Shown in pieces: positions 1-9,216 of a stretch of DNA of 64,000 nt. This stretch comes from Candidatus Fimenecus sp. GTDB taxonomy: Bacteria > Bacillota > Clostridia > Oscillospirales > Acutalibacteraceae. The notes beneath the pieces were generated by a model. It did no database searches. It worked only from the letters and a program-made list of their open reading frames with translations, and was not told the origin of the DNA. Location: NCBI GenBank assembly GCA_045532175.1, contig JAZSFK010000028.1:11752-75751 (forward strand), written 5' to 3'. Positions within the stretch are counted from its first letter, which is position 1. Each line of letters begins with the position of its first letter. The translations under genes were made by a program, and so were the position numbers.

Positions 1-138
1 ATATATAAAGACAACACGATTTCCGTTTTCAATCTCTTTGCGAAACTTTTCAGTGAATTCACACTTTTTCATATTCCAGATGTTGTTACATTTCTTGTAA
101 TCTTTAATATCTAATTTCTCAATTATGTATTTTTTCAT
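1..138 (-). CDS. N-terminal fragment of a small cytoplasmic protein, possibly a GNAT-family acetyltransferase (continues beyond the window)
   Basis: Reverse-strand ATG at 136-138 opens MKKYIIEKLDIKDYKKCNNIWNMKKCEFTEKFRKEIENGNRVVFIY, with no stop before position 1. The GNAT resemblance is by eye only. Confidence 0.35.
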   Translation of the reverse strand, partial: MKKYIIEKLDIKDYKKCNNIWNMKKCEFTEKFRKEIENGNRVVFIY

Positions 139-212
139 TTAATACCACCTTTGAGATATTATAGCACTTCATATTATAAAATCAATACTTACAGAAGGGA
201 CTATTAAACTTG

Positions 213-241
213 TTGACAAAGAAGGTATCCAATGTTAGAAT
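213..241 (+). promoter_or_regulatory. Sigma-A type promoter for tRNA-Ser
   Basis: TTGACA (213-218), 17-nt spacer, TAGAAT (236-241), preceded by TGT (extended -10). It lies about 15 nt upstream of the tRNA 5' end. Confidence 0.5.
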
Positions 242-256
242 AAACAAGTTGAATAT

Positions 257-348
257 GGAGATGTACCCAAGTGGTTGAAGGGTCCGCACTCGAAATGCGG
301 TAGGTCGTGAATAGCGACGCAAGAGTTCAAATCTCTTCATCTCCGCCA
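257..348 (+). tRNA. tRNA-Ser, anticodon CGA, class II with long variable arm, encoded CCA
   Basis: Acceptor GGAGATG/CATCTCC. D arm CCC..GGG. Anticodon stem CCGCA/TGCGG with loop CT-CGA-AA. Long variable arm GTCG..CGAC. T arm AAGAG-TTCAAAT-CTCTT. Discriminator G followed by CCA. Confidence 0.9.
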
Positions 349-351
349 AAG

Positions 352-384
352 AAAAAAGCAGTAGTTTTTTCTACTGCTTTTTTT
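352..384. terminator. Bidirectional rho-independent terminator (tRNA-Ser / GH43 gene)
   Basis: A-tract, stem GCAGTAG (358-364) / CTACTGC (371-377), then T-tract 378-384. Confidence 0.7.
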
Positions 385-418
385 ATAATTTTAAACTTTG
401 CACTCTGCATTCTGCACT

Positions 419-1366
419 TTATATATGGTCCTTATATCTCTCTGCTGTGATGATTCCATCTTCAACATGCATCTTGCAAATTCTTGCATTTCTTGCATCA
501 AAGGCATTTGCATTAAGTTCGTCATCATAATCACGTGCATGATAAATCGCATACCATTGACCATCTTCTTTAATCATTGAGTGGTGACCTGTGCCTTCTT
601 CAAATTCATTTGCCTTGAGTACAGGATGATATGTGTTATCATCAGGAAATTTTTCGAATTTAATCTTTGTAAGGTCTGTTTCGTCTGTTTTTGCCCTTGC
701 ATAGCCTATGTAATATGTTGGTTGTTCAAAGCAATTGCCCGAATACATAAGATATTGCCAGTCACCCTCTTTAAAGTAGAAAGCACCCTCAATTGTGTGC
801 CAATGTTGACCTTTTTTGTACCTGTCACGACGATAAATATCCTCGTCAAGTGTTGGTTCAACAACTAAAACAGGATTCCCTGCAGGTGTGAATGGGTCAA
901 GCATCTTGTCAACATAAATGCAGGTGCCGATTCTTTTACCCTCAAATCGGTTTTGTGAATAGAAAAGGAAAAGTCCTGCTTCATTCTGCACAATATGTGA
1001 GTCAATTGAGAATGGGTGTAAAATCTGTTTTGTGCCTGTGAATGGGCCAAGTGGGTTATCTGCAACAGATACGTGCATAGCACCCCTGTGACCGCCTTTG
1101 TCAGGTGTATCATTATAGATTTCAATTGAATTATACATATAAAATCTACCATCTAATTCAATAACACTTGGTGCCCAGAACGAGTCGTGATTTGGTACGG
1201 TCATAACAACACCGTAATACTCCCAACCATCGAAAAGATTGTCAGAATGGTAAGCATAAACAGCATCATGTCCAGTAACGTAGATATAGTATCTTCCGTT
1301 TGACTTTAAAATATATGGGTCTGCCTGACCAACATAGTGTGTTTTGTCAACCTTTAGTAAATGCAT
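419..1366 (-). CDS. Glycoside hydrolase family 43 (beta-xylosidase / alpha-L-arabinofuranosidase type), cytoplasmic
   Basis: 315-aa ORF with RBS GGAGGG 6 nt upstream. It has the GH43-like N-terminal GQADPYIL..GRYYIYVTG, plus WAPSV and later EGAFYF blocks. No signal peptide. Confidence 0.75.
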   Translation of the reverse strand: MHLLKVDKTHYVGQADPYILKSNGRYYIYVTGHDAVYAYHSDNLFDGWEYYGVVMTVPNHDSFWAPSVIELDGRFYMYNSIEIYNDTPDKGGHRGAMHVSVADNPLGPFTGTKQILHPFSIDSHIVQNEAGLFLFYSQNRFEGKRIGTCIYVDKMLDPFTPAGNPVLVVEPTLDEDIYRRDRYKKGQHWHTIEGAFYFKEGDWQYLMYSGNCFEQPTYYIGYARAKTDETDLTKIKFEKFPDDNTYHPVLKANEFEEGTGHHSMIKEDGQWYAIYHARDYDDELNANAFDARNARICKMHVEDGIITAERYKDHI

Positions 1367-1462
1367 TGAAACCCTCCTCGGGAGAAATTATTTTTACTAA
1401 TTATATAATGACAATAACTTTTTTTCAAGTCGTTTATTGTTAAATCTTACAATGAATATATC

Positions 1463-1492
1463 TTGACTTTAGACATTTTTTGTTGATATAAT
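1463..1492 (+). promoter_or_regulatory. Sigma-A type promoter upstream of the aquaporin gene
   Basis: TTGACT (1463-1468), 18-nt spacer, TGa-TATAAT (1484-1492). Confidence 0.45.
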
Positions 1493-1527
1493 AATGATAA
1501 CAAAATATTGGAAAGGGGATTTCATAA

Positions 1528-2202
1528 ATGTTGGAATCAATTAAAAAATGTGTTGCTGAATTTATCGGTACATTTGTTTTAGTCTTCTTTGCCTGTGGTA
1601 CAGCAGTAGTGTTAGGTTGTGACACAAGATACGGCTCAGGATACTTGCTTACAGCTCTTGCATTCGGTCTTGTAATTGTTGCTATGGCATATTCTATCGG
1701 AAATGTTTCAGGTTGCCATATTAATCCTGCTGTTTCTATAGCTATGTTAATTTGCGGTAGAATGAGTATAACAGATTTTATTATGTATGTTGCATCACAG
1801 TTTATTGGTGCAATCGCTGGTGCAGGTACACTTAGTCTTTTTGTAGGTAAAGGCTCAACTCTTGGTGCAAATGCGATGTATCGTGACGATATTGCAAGTA
1901 CAATGCTTATCGAGATTATTCTTACATTTGTGTTCGTTCTTGTAATCTTGGGCGTAACATCAAAGAAGGAAAACAGCTCTGTTGCAGGCATTGTAATCGG
2001 TCTTGCTCTTACACTTGTACATATCTTTGGTATTAGCTTTACAGGCACATCTGTAAACCCTGCACGTAGTTTAGGCCCTGCTCTTTTTGCCGGTGGAGAT
2101 GCTCTTGCTGATGTATGGATCTTCATTGTTGCACCTCTCCTTGGTGGTATTCTTGCAGCACTTGTTTACAGCTTCCTTGCTCCTAAAAAGGAAGAGAAAT
2201 AA
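1528..2202 (+). CDS. aqpZ: MIP-family channel (aquaporin Z-like)
   Basis: 224 aa, six predicted TM segments and two NPA boxes (HINPAVS, SVNPARS). RBS AAAGGGGA. Confidence 0.85.
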   Translation: MLESIKKCVAEFIGTFVLVFFACGTAVVLGCDTRYGSGYLLTALAFGLVIVAMAYSIGNVSGCHINPAVSIAMLICGRMSITDFIMYVASQFIGAIAGAGTLSLFVGKGSTLGANAMYRDDIASTMLIEIILTFVFVLVILGVTSKKENSSVAGIVIGLALTLVHIFGISFTGTSVNPARSLGPALFAGGDALADVWIFIVAPLLGGILAALVYSFLAPKKEEK

Positions 2203-2221
2203 TATAATAGAATTGTTTTTT

Positions 2222-2249
2222 GAGGTGCATCAATGATGCACCTCTTTTT
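2222..2249 (+). terminator. Rho-independent terminator after the aquaporin gene
   Basis: GAGGTGCAT / ATGCACCTC stem followed by TTTTT. Confidence 0.75.
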
Positions 2250-2330
2250 CATTCCATTATTTGGAGTATTAACATCTTATAATCCCAATGCTATAATTTA
2301 TATGCATATATGCAGAAAGATGAGGTGATT

Positions 2331-3299
2331 ATGAGAAAACTAATCTCTATATTTTTAACAAGTATAATAGCATTTTTAATATTTGTAATGCCATTAAAAT
2401 CCTATGGTGCAACTGTGACGTCACAAGCCGGAATAGTGTCAGTTTCAAATGGCAGACTGAATGTGCGAAATTCTGCTTCAACCGGTGGTACGGTTCTAAC
2501 AAATCTTGCAAATGGCAGTTACATTACCTTGATTTCAAAATCGGGTAATTGGTATTATGTTGAGTACGCTAATGAGAAATTTGGTTATTGCCACAGCGAT
2601 TATATCAAGCTTGATTCAGGAAAAACTGCCAAGGTTTCGACACAGTCAACCTCCCTCAATGTCCGTAGTGGAGCAGGAACAGGATATGGTATAAAGGATT
2701 CCGTAAAAAGGGGAGAAACGGTAATTATTTTATCAAGCACAAACGGATGGAGCAGAATTCTTTACGATGGAGTAAAAACAGGATATGTAAGTAGTCGATA
2801 TTTGTTAGTGAATTCAGTTCAAACAAACTCAGCTATCAGTTTGTCCGTGCCAAGCTTTAAGCAGACTGATTCTCGATGGGCAAATGTAAAGATTGGTAAC
2901 TCAGGCAAAACAATAGGAAAAATAGGCTGTGCTACAACCGCTATTTCTATGATGGAATCATACAGAACAGGAATGATAATTTATCCCGATGCTATGTCAA
3001 AAAAACTGAGTTATTCATCAACAGGTAATGTGTATTGGCCAAGTCATTATACAGTAGTTACTAATCAATCAGACTACCTGAAAAAGATTTATAATAAACT
3101 TAAAGAAGGTAAGCCTGTAATGTTTGGTGCTAAAAAGTCCAACGGTTCACAACATTGGGTTGTAATAATAGGATATAACGGCGGAGGAACGCTTACTGCA
3201 TCGGCATTTACCATCAATGACCCTGGAACACAATATCGCACAAATCTTCAACATTTGCTCAACGAATATCCCATAGTTTACAAGTATTTTTACTATTAA
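2331..3299 (+). CDS. Secreted protein with two SH3b domains and a C-terminal papain-like (peptidase C39-like) domain
   Basis: Start moved to the ATG at 2331 (RBS GAGGTGA), giving MRKLISIFLTSIIAFLIFVMPLKSYG as signal peptide. There are two SH3b-like repeats (G.VSVSNGRLNVRNSAS.., LNVRSGAGTGYG..GWSRILYDG..GYVSSRYL). The C-terminal part has KIGCATTAISM (Cys) and QHWVVIIGY (His). Confidence 0.6.
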   Translation: MRKLISIFLTSIIAFLIFVMPLKSYGATVTSQAGIVSVSNGRLNVRNSASTGGTVLTNLANGSYITLISKSGNWYYVEYANEKFGYCHSDYIKLDSGKTAKVSTQSTSLNVRSGAGTGYGIKDSVKRGETVIILSSTNGWSRILYDGVKTGYVSSRYLLVNSVQTNSAISLSVPSFKQTDSRWANVKIGNSGKTIGKIGCATTAISMMESYRTGMIIYPDAMSKKLSYSSTGNVYWPSHYTVVTNQSDYLKKIYNKLKEGKPVMFGAKKSNGSQHWVVIIGYNGGGTLTASAFTINDPGTQYRTNLQHLLNEYPIVYKYFYY

Positions 3300-3304
3300 A
3301 ACTA

Positions 3305-3340
3305 AACACCGTATTAGTGTATGCTGATACGGTGTTTTTT
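3305..3340 (+). terminator. Rho-independent terminator
   Basis: AACACCGTAT / ATACGGTGTT stem followed by a T-tract. Confidence 0.75.
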
Positions 3341-3528
3341 GTTCTCGTTGAACATATTATTATATGTAAGCTTGATTGTTGCTCTGCAAAAATCAACAAA
3401 TTTTTCAAATATGTACTATATTGCTTTATAGTATTGATATTAAAAAAATGGTATGTTATATTATACTAATAAATATACAATGTGTTCATTATCGAATTTT
3501 GTGTTGATTTTTACTTGGAGTGACTCAT

Positions 3529-6500
3529 TTGAAGAAGTTTTTAGCATTACTCTTATCTTTAATTATATTGACAGGTTCTGTTTCACAGGGCTTGATTTCC
3601 TATGCAACAGAGATAAAACCCGAATTTTCCGTTTATGATTTTGCAGAAGATTTGTCTGAACTTATCTGTACTTATAGTGAAGATAATGTCACAAACGAGC
3701 AAATGCGTGAGGATATCGTTGTAACTGTTGATAAATTCTTTAACAATTCACAGGCAACAGAACTTAACGGTCTGTCATTGAATTCATTTGAAACAAGGCG
3801 ACTTATTGTAAAATCAAGTAAAGAGATAGATTATTGTGGTGCGATAGATTTTGTTAGTGGATATAATGATTTGTATATTTTGCAATATGATAGTATGACA
3901 TCAGCCAAAGAAGCATATGAATACTATCTTACACTTGACTATATTGACTATGTTGAGCCGGATATTATAATGTCGTGTCAGGGTGTAGATGATATTTTTA
4001 ATGAATTTGAGCCGGAAATAATATTCCCGGAGGATGGAGTATCGGCATCCGATATTACAAATTATTTAAGTGATAAAATAGGCTTCAACGATATCAAGAA
4101 TGAATTAAAAGAGAGAATAGACGACGATTATGTTCTTGTCGCCGTGATTGATAGTGGTGCTGATACGGACCATGAGCTGTTACAGGACAGAATAATTGAC
4201 AGCGGTGTTAATTACAGCGGTACGGGTATTCAAAATAGTTGTGAGGATGACTATGGCCACGGTACTCACGTTGCAGGTATTATAGCTTCTAATACACTTG
4301 ATAATGTTAAAATTGAGGCATACAAGGTGCTTAATAGTTCAGGAAAGGGTTCTTTGAGCGCAATAGCTGTTACTATTGATATTGCAGTCGCAGATGGTGC
4401 TGATATTATCAATTTGAGTCTGACAGCCAAGGGCGAAAGTGAACGAATGACGGAAGCTATCAACAATGCTGTTGCTAACGACGTGAATGTTGTTGTTGCG
4501 GCGGGAAACAATGAAGCTGACCTTGATAAACAGTATTACACTCCTGCCTGTGTTGAATCTGCAATAACGGTTAGTGCGACTGATGAAAATGCAAAATTAG
4601 CAAGTTTCTCAAACTATGACGGAACAATAGATATTGCTGCACTTGGCGTAGGAGTAAAGAGTAGTTACCTTGATAATACTTATGCAATACTAAGCGGGAC
4701 TTCTATGGCAGCACCTCAGGTTGCAGCGGGACTTGCAATCGTAAAAACAGTATTTCCCGAATTGTCTATATCGGAATGTGAGGAAAAACTTGAAGAATAT
4801 GCTATAAAAATATATGAACTTCCCGGTAGCAATAAATTTGGTGCAGGATTATTGTTCCTTAAATATCTTTTAGGTGATAAACCAACTACACCGAATCCTG
4901 TATTCAGTGTTGAGGATTGCGAGTTTTCTCAGGCATTTGAGGTCGAAATAACCTGTCCCGATGAAGATGCAACAATTTATTACCTTAAAAGCAGACTTGG
5001 GGAAGGTGATGTTGCGGATTGGGTTAATGCCAGTGAGTACACCGGACCGCTGACAATTTCAGTTGACACAAGACTTTATGCAGTTGCAATGGGTAAGGGT
5101 AAAAAGATTAGTAGCATCGTTAAGGCGGAGTATAATCGTGAGGTTAATAATGTAGATGACGATTATGATATAAATTCCCTTGGTTACATTACAGCATATT
5201 ATGGTGATGAAAATAATGTAGTTGTACCGGATACTATTAAAGGAAAAAAAGTAAAGGGAATAGCATCCTCTGCCTTTGAAAATGATAATTGGATTCGTTC
5301 AATTGTACTGCCTGATTCTGCAACAATAATAAACAGTAAAGCATTCCAAGGCTGTACGGCACTTGTTTCTGTTTCCGGTCAGGGCGTAACAACTGTTAAA
5401 TCAAATTCCTTTGCTAAAAGTTCAGTTTGTTATGTAGATTTTCCAAATCTTAAGGAAATAGGGAATAAAGCCTTCCTTGATTGCTGTAATCTTGCAGATA
5501 TATCTTTGTTTAATGTTGAAACCATAGGTGAATATTCATTCCAGAACACCGTAAGTATGGAGGAACTTGACAGCTACAGTGTTTTGTCGATTGGTACTTC
5601 TGCGTTTGAGCAATCAGGGATTGAATATATCAATCTACCCAGTACAGTAGAAGTTGGGAAAAATGCTTTTGCTTCCTGCGAGAGTTTAACTTCCGCGTCA
5701 ATACCTATGCTTACAGAGTTGGGTATAGGTGTGTTTAAGAATTGCACTTCCTTAAAGGAACTTGATATACCCTTGTTGGTAAATATTAAGTCAAATGCTT
5801 TAAGAAATACAGGACTTGAATTCTTCTACGGTAAAGATGTTGTGCAGATAGATAATTATGCTTTTGCTGAAAGTGCATCCCTTGCAAGTGTTTATCTCCC
5901 GTCAACAATGTCTTCGGGAACAAATGCTTTTAAGGATTGTCGTGAACTGCAGGTGGTTACACTTCCTTCAATAGTTGAACTCAACAGTAACAGCTTTTCG
6001 AATTGTCCAAAGCTCAAAATTCTTTACTTACCATCAGTTAAATCTGTTGGTGCAGGTGCTTTTTATAACAGTTCTATAGAGTATTTGCAGTTTGAATGTG
6101 TTGAAAAAATAAATAGTCTTCCTGAAACATTAAAAGGTATCGTTCTTCCGGGTTCGTTGAACTCTATATTCGCATTGACTCCTGATACGGATTTTGTTGT
6201 TTACGGCTATGAAAATACTTATGCTGAACAATATGCACTTGAAAACGAAAAGGAATTCCAAACCATTCCTGCAATTATTTACGAAACCTATGACTTTGTC
6301 GAGGAAGACAGTAAATATATCTTTGTATACGCTCTTGGCTTTAATTGCACCTATCAGTGGTATGAAAACGATTGCGTTTCAAATCAGGGAGGAATACCTA
6401 TTGACGGTGCTGTCCATTTCTATTATGAGCCAAAAGCAGAGGATGATGCTGTTTCATATTACTGTGAAATAAAAAGTACAGACGGTACGTATGTAAATAC

Positions 6501-6924
6501 AGTTACGACTCACCCTATTATAAATAAGCCTGAATACAGAACTGCGGATTTAAGTGGGTATAACAAAGTGGTTGAAGAAGTAAATGCACTTGACAGAAAC
6601 ACAATCGATGAAACCTTCCTTGCGGAAATTGATGAATTATTAAGTATAGATGTTTCAAATCTTACCTACGCAAATCAGGATATTATTGATAACATTGTTA
6701 ATGAGATAGAGTTGATTTTCTCCGATATAAATAGTGGCTATCTTGTTGGCGATACAAATAACGACGGAATATTAAGTGCCTATGATGCACGTCTTGTATT
6801 ACGATACGCCACAGAGATTGACAATGTTACCTCAAGAGCAAAAAGAATTTCAGACATAAATGGCGATGGTGAAGTCAGTTCAATTGATGCTCGTATGATT
6901 TTAAAACTATGCATTGAAGCATAA
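3529..6924 (+). CDS. Secreted subtilisin-like (S8) serine protease with BspA-type leucine-rich repeats and a C-terminal dockerin
   Basis: Likely TTG start at 3529, 8 nt after GGAG; the track start GTG 3520 overlaps the RBS. Signal peptide KKFLALLLSLIILTGSVSQGLISYA. Catalytic triad motifs VAVIDSGAD, HGTHVAG, SGTSMAAP. Many LRR units of the form F..C..L..I.LP..V..IG..AF. The C-terminus carries two dockerin Ca-binding repeats, DTNNDGILSAYDARLVLRYA and DINGDGEVSSIDARMILKLC (6748..6921). Confidence 0.85.
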   Translation: MKKFLALLLSLIILTGSVSQGLISYATEIKPEFSVYDFAEDLSELICTYSEDNVTNEQMREDIVVTVDKFFNNSQATELNGLSLNSFETRRLIVKSSKEIDYCGAIDFVSGYNDLYILQYDSMTSAKEAYEYYLTLDYIDYVEPDIIMSCQGVDDIFNEFEPEIIFPEDGVSASDITNYLSDKIGFNDIKNELKERIDDDYVLVAVIDSGADTDHELLQDRIIDSGVNYSGTGIQNSCEDDYGHGTHVAGIIASNTLDNVKIEAYKVLNSSGKGSLSAIAVTIDIAVADGADIINLSLTAKGESERMTEAINNAVANDVNVVVAAGNNEADLDKQYYTPACVESAITVSATDENAKLASFSNYDGTIDIAALGVGVKSSYLDNTYAILSGTSMAAPQVAAGLAIVKTVFPELSISECEEKLEEYAIKIYELPGSNKFGAGLLFLKYLLGDKPTTPNPVFSVEDCEFSQAFEVEITCPDEDATIYYLKSRLGEGDVADWVNASEYTGPLTISVDTRLYAVAMGKGKKISSIVKAEYNREVNNVDDDYDINSLGYITAYYGDENNVVVPDTIKGKKVKGIASSAFENDNWIRSIVLPDSATIINSKAFQGCTALVSVSGQGVTTVKSNSFAKSSVCYVDFPNLKEIGNKAFLDCCNLADISLFNVETIGEYSFQNTVSMEELDSYSVLSIGTSAFEQSGIEYINLPSTVEVGKNAFASCESLTSASIPMLTELGIGVFKNCTSLKELDIPLLVNIKSNALRNTGLEFFYGKDVVQIDNYAFAESASLASVYLPSTMSSGTNAFKDCRELQVVTLPSIVELNSNSFSNCPKLKILYLPSVKSVGAGAFYNSSIEYLQFECVEKINSLPETLKGIVLPGSLNSIFALTPDTDFVVYGYENTYAEQYALENEKEFQTIPAIIYETYDFVEEDSKYIFVYALGFNCTYQWYENDCVSNQGGIPIDGAVHFYYEPKAEDDAVSYYCEIKSTDGTYVNTVTTHPIINKPEYRTADLSGYNKVVEEVNALDRNTIDETFLAEIDELLSIDVSNLTYANQDIIDNIVNEIELIFSDINSGYLVGDTNNDGILSAYDARLVLRYATEIDNVTSRAKRISDINGDGEVSSIDARMILKLCIEA

Positions 6925-6925
6925 C

Positions 6926-6958
6926 AAAAAGCCTTGGATATATTTCCAAGGCTTTTTT
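6926..6958. terminator. Bidirectional terminator between convergent genes
   Basis: AAAAA-GCCTTGGA-loop-TCCAAGGC-TTTTTT. Confidence 0.8.
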
Positions 6959-6959
6959 A

Positions 6960-7874
6960 CTACAGTTTTTCAGTTATTCTTTCGATATTTTCATCCGAGT
7001 ATTCAATTTCAGATGAATATTGTCTTGCATAGTCAACAATGTCCTCAAAAGCAAGCGCACCATACTTTTTGACGTGGTATCTGCAAATCTGACCGATAAA
7101 ATATGTACTGAAAATTGCAAAATGAAGTTTTCCGTTATCCGCACTGTCAAAATGACGATAAATAAAATATAAAAGTAATTTTTCAAAGACTGTATTATGT
7201 TTTTCAGGTAAAATGATATCTTCAAAATCAATAGTTTTAATATCCATCAAAAGATTTGTCCAGTTATCATCAAGTCTTTCAAGGGATAAATAAAAATCAA
7301 CCCATTTATTAAAATCTATACGTTCAGTTTCTATATCTGATTCGTCTAACAGAAGATATATTCGTTCACTTAATGAGTATTTGTCATTTTGTAAAGTGTT
7401 AAGCAGGGATTGCTTGTATTCAAGGAATAACTTTTCGTCTTCGTTGTCTATTTTGTTATCTTGATTATCAACTGAAAATTCTAGTTTTTCTGTTTGCCCT
7501 AAAATAATTCGTCCTGCTTCTTCGCAACAAAGACCCAACCCGACTTCGGTTGATGTTTCATAAAAATTTCTGAAGCGAGGATGGTCAGCACATACCTGAC
7601 AAAGTGATTTTTCTCCTAAATTTAAAATAATACCACATAAGTTATCATTGTTTAAAAATACACATCTACCCTTACCATCAAGTTTAAAAGAAGCATATCC
7701 GTCGTTGTAGCTTATTCCGTTTTTTAGTGTCCTGCTGTACTTGCCTTTGTGTCTTTTATAAATCTCCAAGGTTTCTTCGTCGATGTCAATTTCCCAGCCG
7801 ATACAGCAGTTGTGATGGCATTTATTTGCGATACAATTGAATTTATTATAGTAATTTGGAATAATAGTTTTCAT
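6960..7874 (-). CDS. FliB-like cysteine-cluster protein (putative lysine-N-methylase family)
   Basis: 304 aa with RBS GGAGAA. The N-terminal motif YYNKFNCIANKCHHNCCIGWEIDIDEET and a later CQVCADHPRF resemble proteins annotated as flagellin lysine-N-methylase. Match recognised from memory of that family. Confidence 0.55.
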   Translation of the reverse strand: MKTIIPNYYNKFNCIANKCHHNCCIGWEIDIDEETLEIYKRHKGKYSRTLKNGISYNDGYASFKLDGKGRCVFLNNDNLCGIILNLGEKSLCQVCADHPRFRNFYETSTEVGLGLCCEEAGRIILGQTEKLEFSVDNQDNKIDNEDEKLFLEYKQSLLNTLQNDKYSLSERIYLLLDESDIETERIDFNKWVDFYLSLERLDDNWTNLLMDIKTIDFEDIILPEKHNTVFEKLLLYFIYRHFDSADNGKLHFAIFSTYFIGQICRYHVKKYGALAFEDIVDYARQYSSEIEYSDENIERITEKL

Positions 7875-7976
7875 AGTATTTCTCCATATTGTTTAATATT
7901 AACATTATAAATTATATCTTTTGTCATTTCAATGAGGACTTTTATCTTTTTATTGTATTGATAAAGAGATAAGATT

Positions 7977-9173
7977 GTGTTAAAATACAGAAAAACTTTT
8001 TGGAGTGTATTTATGACAACCTTACTTGTAGTTATATATATAGTTTTTGTTTCTCTTGGCTTACCGGATTCATTATTCGGTGTTTCCTGGCCTGTAATGC
8101 ATCACGACTTTGGAATCGATGAAAGTTTCGCTTCAGTGTATGGTGTTATTATGGGTGTTTGTACGGGTGGAGTAAGTTTTGTTGCGGGTAAACTTATCAG
8201 AAAATTCGGTACAGGAAAAGTAACGCTTATATCTACAATGCTCACTGTTGCAGGTCTTTTCTTTATGAGTATATCGCCGAACATTATTGTGTTGATGATA
8301 AGCTCGGTTGTTCTCGGATACGGAGCGGGTGTTATTGATACTGCCCTCAACAATTTTGTGTCCTTACATTATAAAGCTAAACATATGAACTGGCTTCATG
8401 CTTGTTGGGGTGCCGGTGTTACGATAAGTCCTTTGATTATGTCTGCTTTTTTGACAGATGATGCAAGTTCGTGGCGTAATGGGTATCGCGTAATTACGTT
8501 GTTACAGTTATCGATTGGTATCATCATCGCTTTAACACTTAACAAATGGAAGATAGTAAAAGAGGATTTTTCTCAGGAGGAGTCAGCAGAAGAACAAAAA
8601 AGTCTATTTGAAATATTAAAGATAAAAGGCGTTATTTTAAGCGTTCTTTCCCAAGGCCTTTACTGTAGCATGGAATTTTTAATTGGTACGTGGGGTGCAT
8701 CGTATCTTGTAAATGTTCACTCATTGATGCCTGATGAAGCAGCAAAATGGATTTCACTTTATTATGCCGGAATAATGCTTGGCAGAATAGTTTCAGGCTT
8801 TATTTCGATGAAGGCATCTGATAACACGATGATTCGTGGAGGTATTATTGTTTCTTGTTTGGGCATGGTTTTATTATCTGTACCATTGGATGAAATTTCC
8901 TATCTTGGATTTCTCCTTATTGGTTCAGGTTTCGGGCCTATATTCCCAAGTATTCTCCATAGTGTACCCGACAGATTTGGCAAAGAATATTCAGCAGATA
9001 TAACAGGCTTCCATATGGGTGGCGCTTATGGTATAGGCTTTGCTGTTCAGCTTGTTTTTGGATTTGTTGCAACAGCAACAACATTTAAAATTACAACATT
9101 TGTTTTGCTGGGTCTTGTAGTTGCACTTTTTACTGTTAATGAAGTAACAATATCTTTGACTCGAAAAAAATAA
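7977..9173 (+). CDS. MFS transporter
   Basis: 398 aa with about 12 hydrophobic segments and a central loop (KEDFSQEESAEEQK). GTG start at 7977; an alternative ATG at 8013 follows GGAG. Confidence 0.75.
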   Translation: MLKYRKTFWSVFMTTLLVVIYIVFVSLGLPDSLFGVSWPVMHHDFGIDESFASVYGVIMGVCTGGVSFVAGKLIRKFGTGKVTLISTMLTVAGLFFMSISPNIIVLMISSVVLGYGAGVIDTALNNFVSLHYKAKHMNWLHACWGAGVTISPLIMSAFLTDDASSWRNGYRVITLLQLSIGIIIALTLNKWKIVKEDFSQEESAEEQKSLFEILKIKGVILSVLSQGLYCSMEFLIGTWGASYLVNVHSLMPDEAAKWISLYYAGIMLGRIVSGFISMKASDNTMIRGGIIVSCLGMVLLSVPLDEISYLGFLLIGSGFGPIFPSILHSVPDRFGKEYSADITGFHMGGAYGIGFAVQLVFGFVATATTFKITTFVLLGLVVALFTVNEVTISLTRKK

Positions 9174-9216
9174 TTTTCTTTGAAGTGCATATAATAATCA
9201 AAAGGACGTGATTATT

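Noticed and set aside
1440-2126. 228-aa minus-strand ORF antisense to the aquaporin gene
   Set aside because: It lies entirely inside the well-supported MIP-channel ORF (two NPA boxes), has no RBS and a low-complexity composition. This is a typical shadow ORF.
257-3300. tRNA-Ser as the attachment site of a genomic island
   Set aside because: There is no integrase, recombinase or phage gene next to the tRNA. I could not find a direct repeat of the tRNA 3' end by eye. The adjacent genes (GH43, aquaporin) are ordinary metabolic genes.
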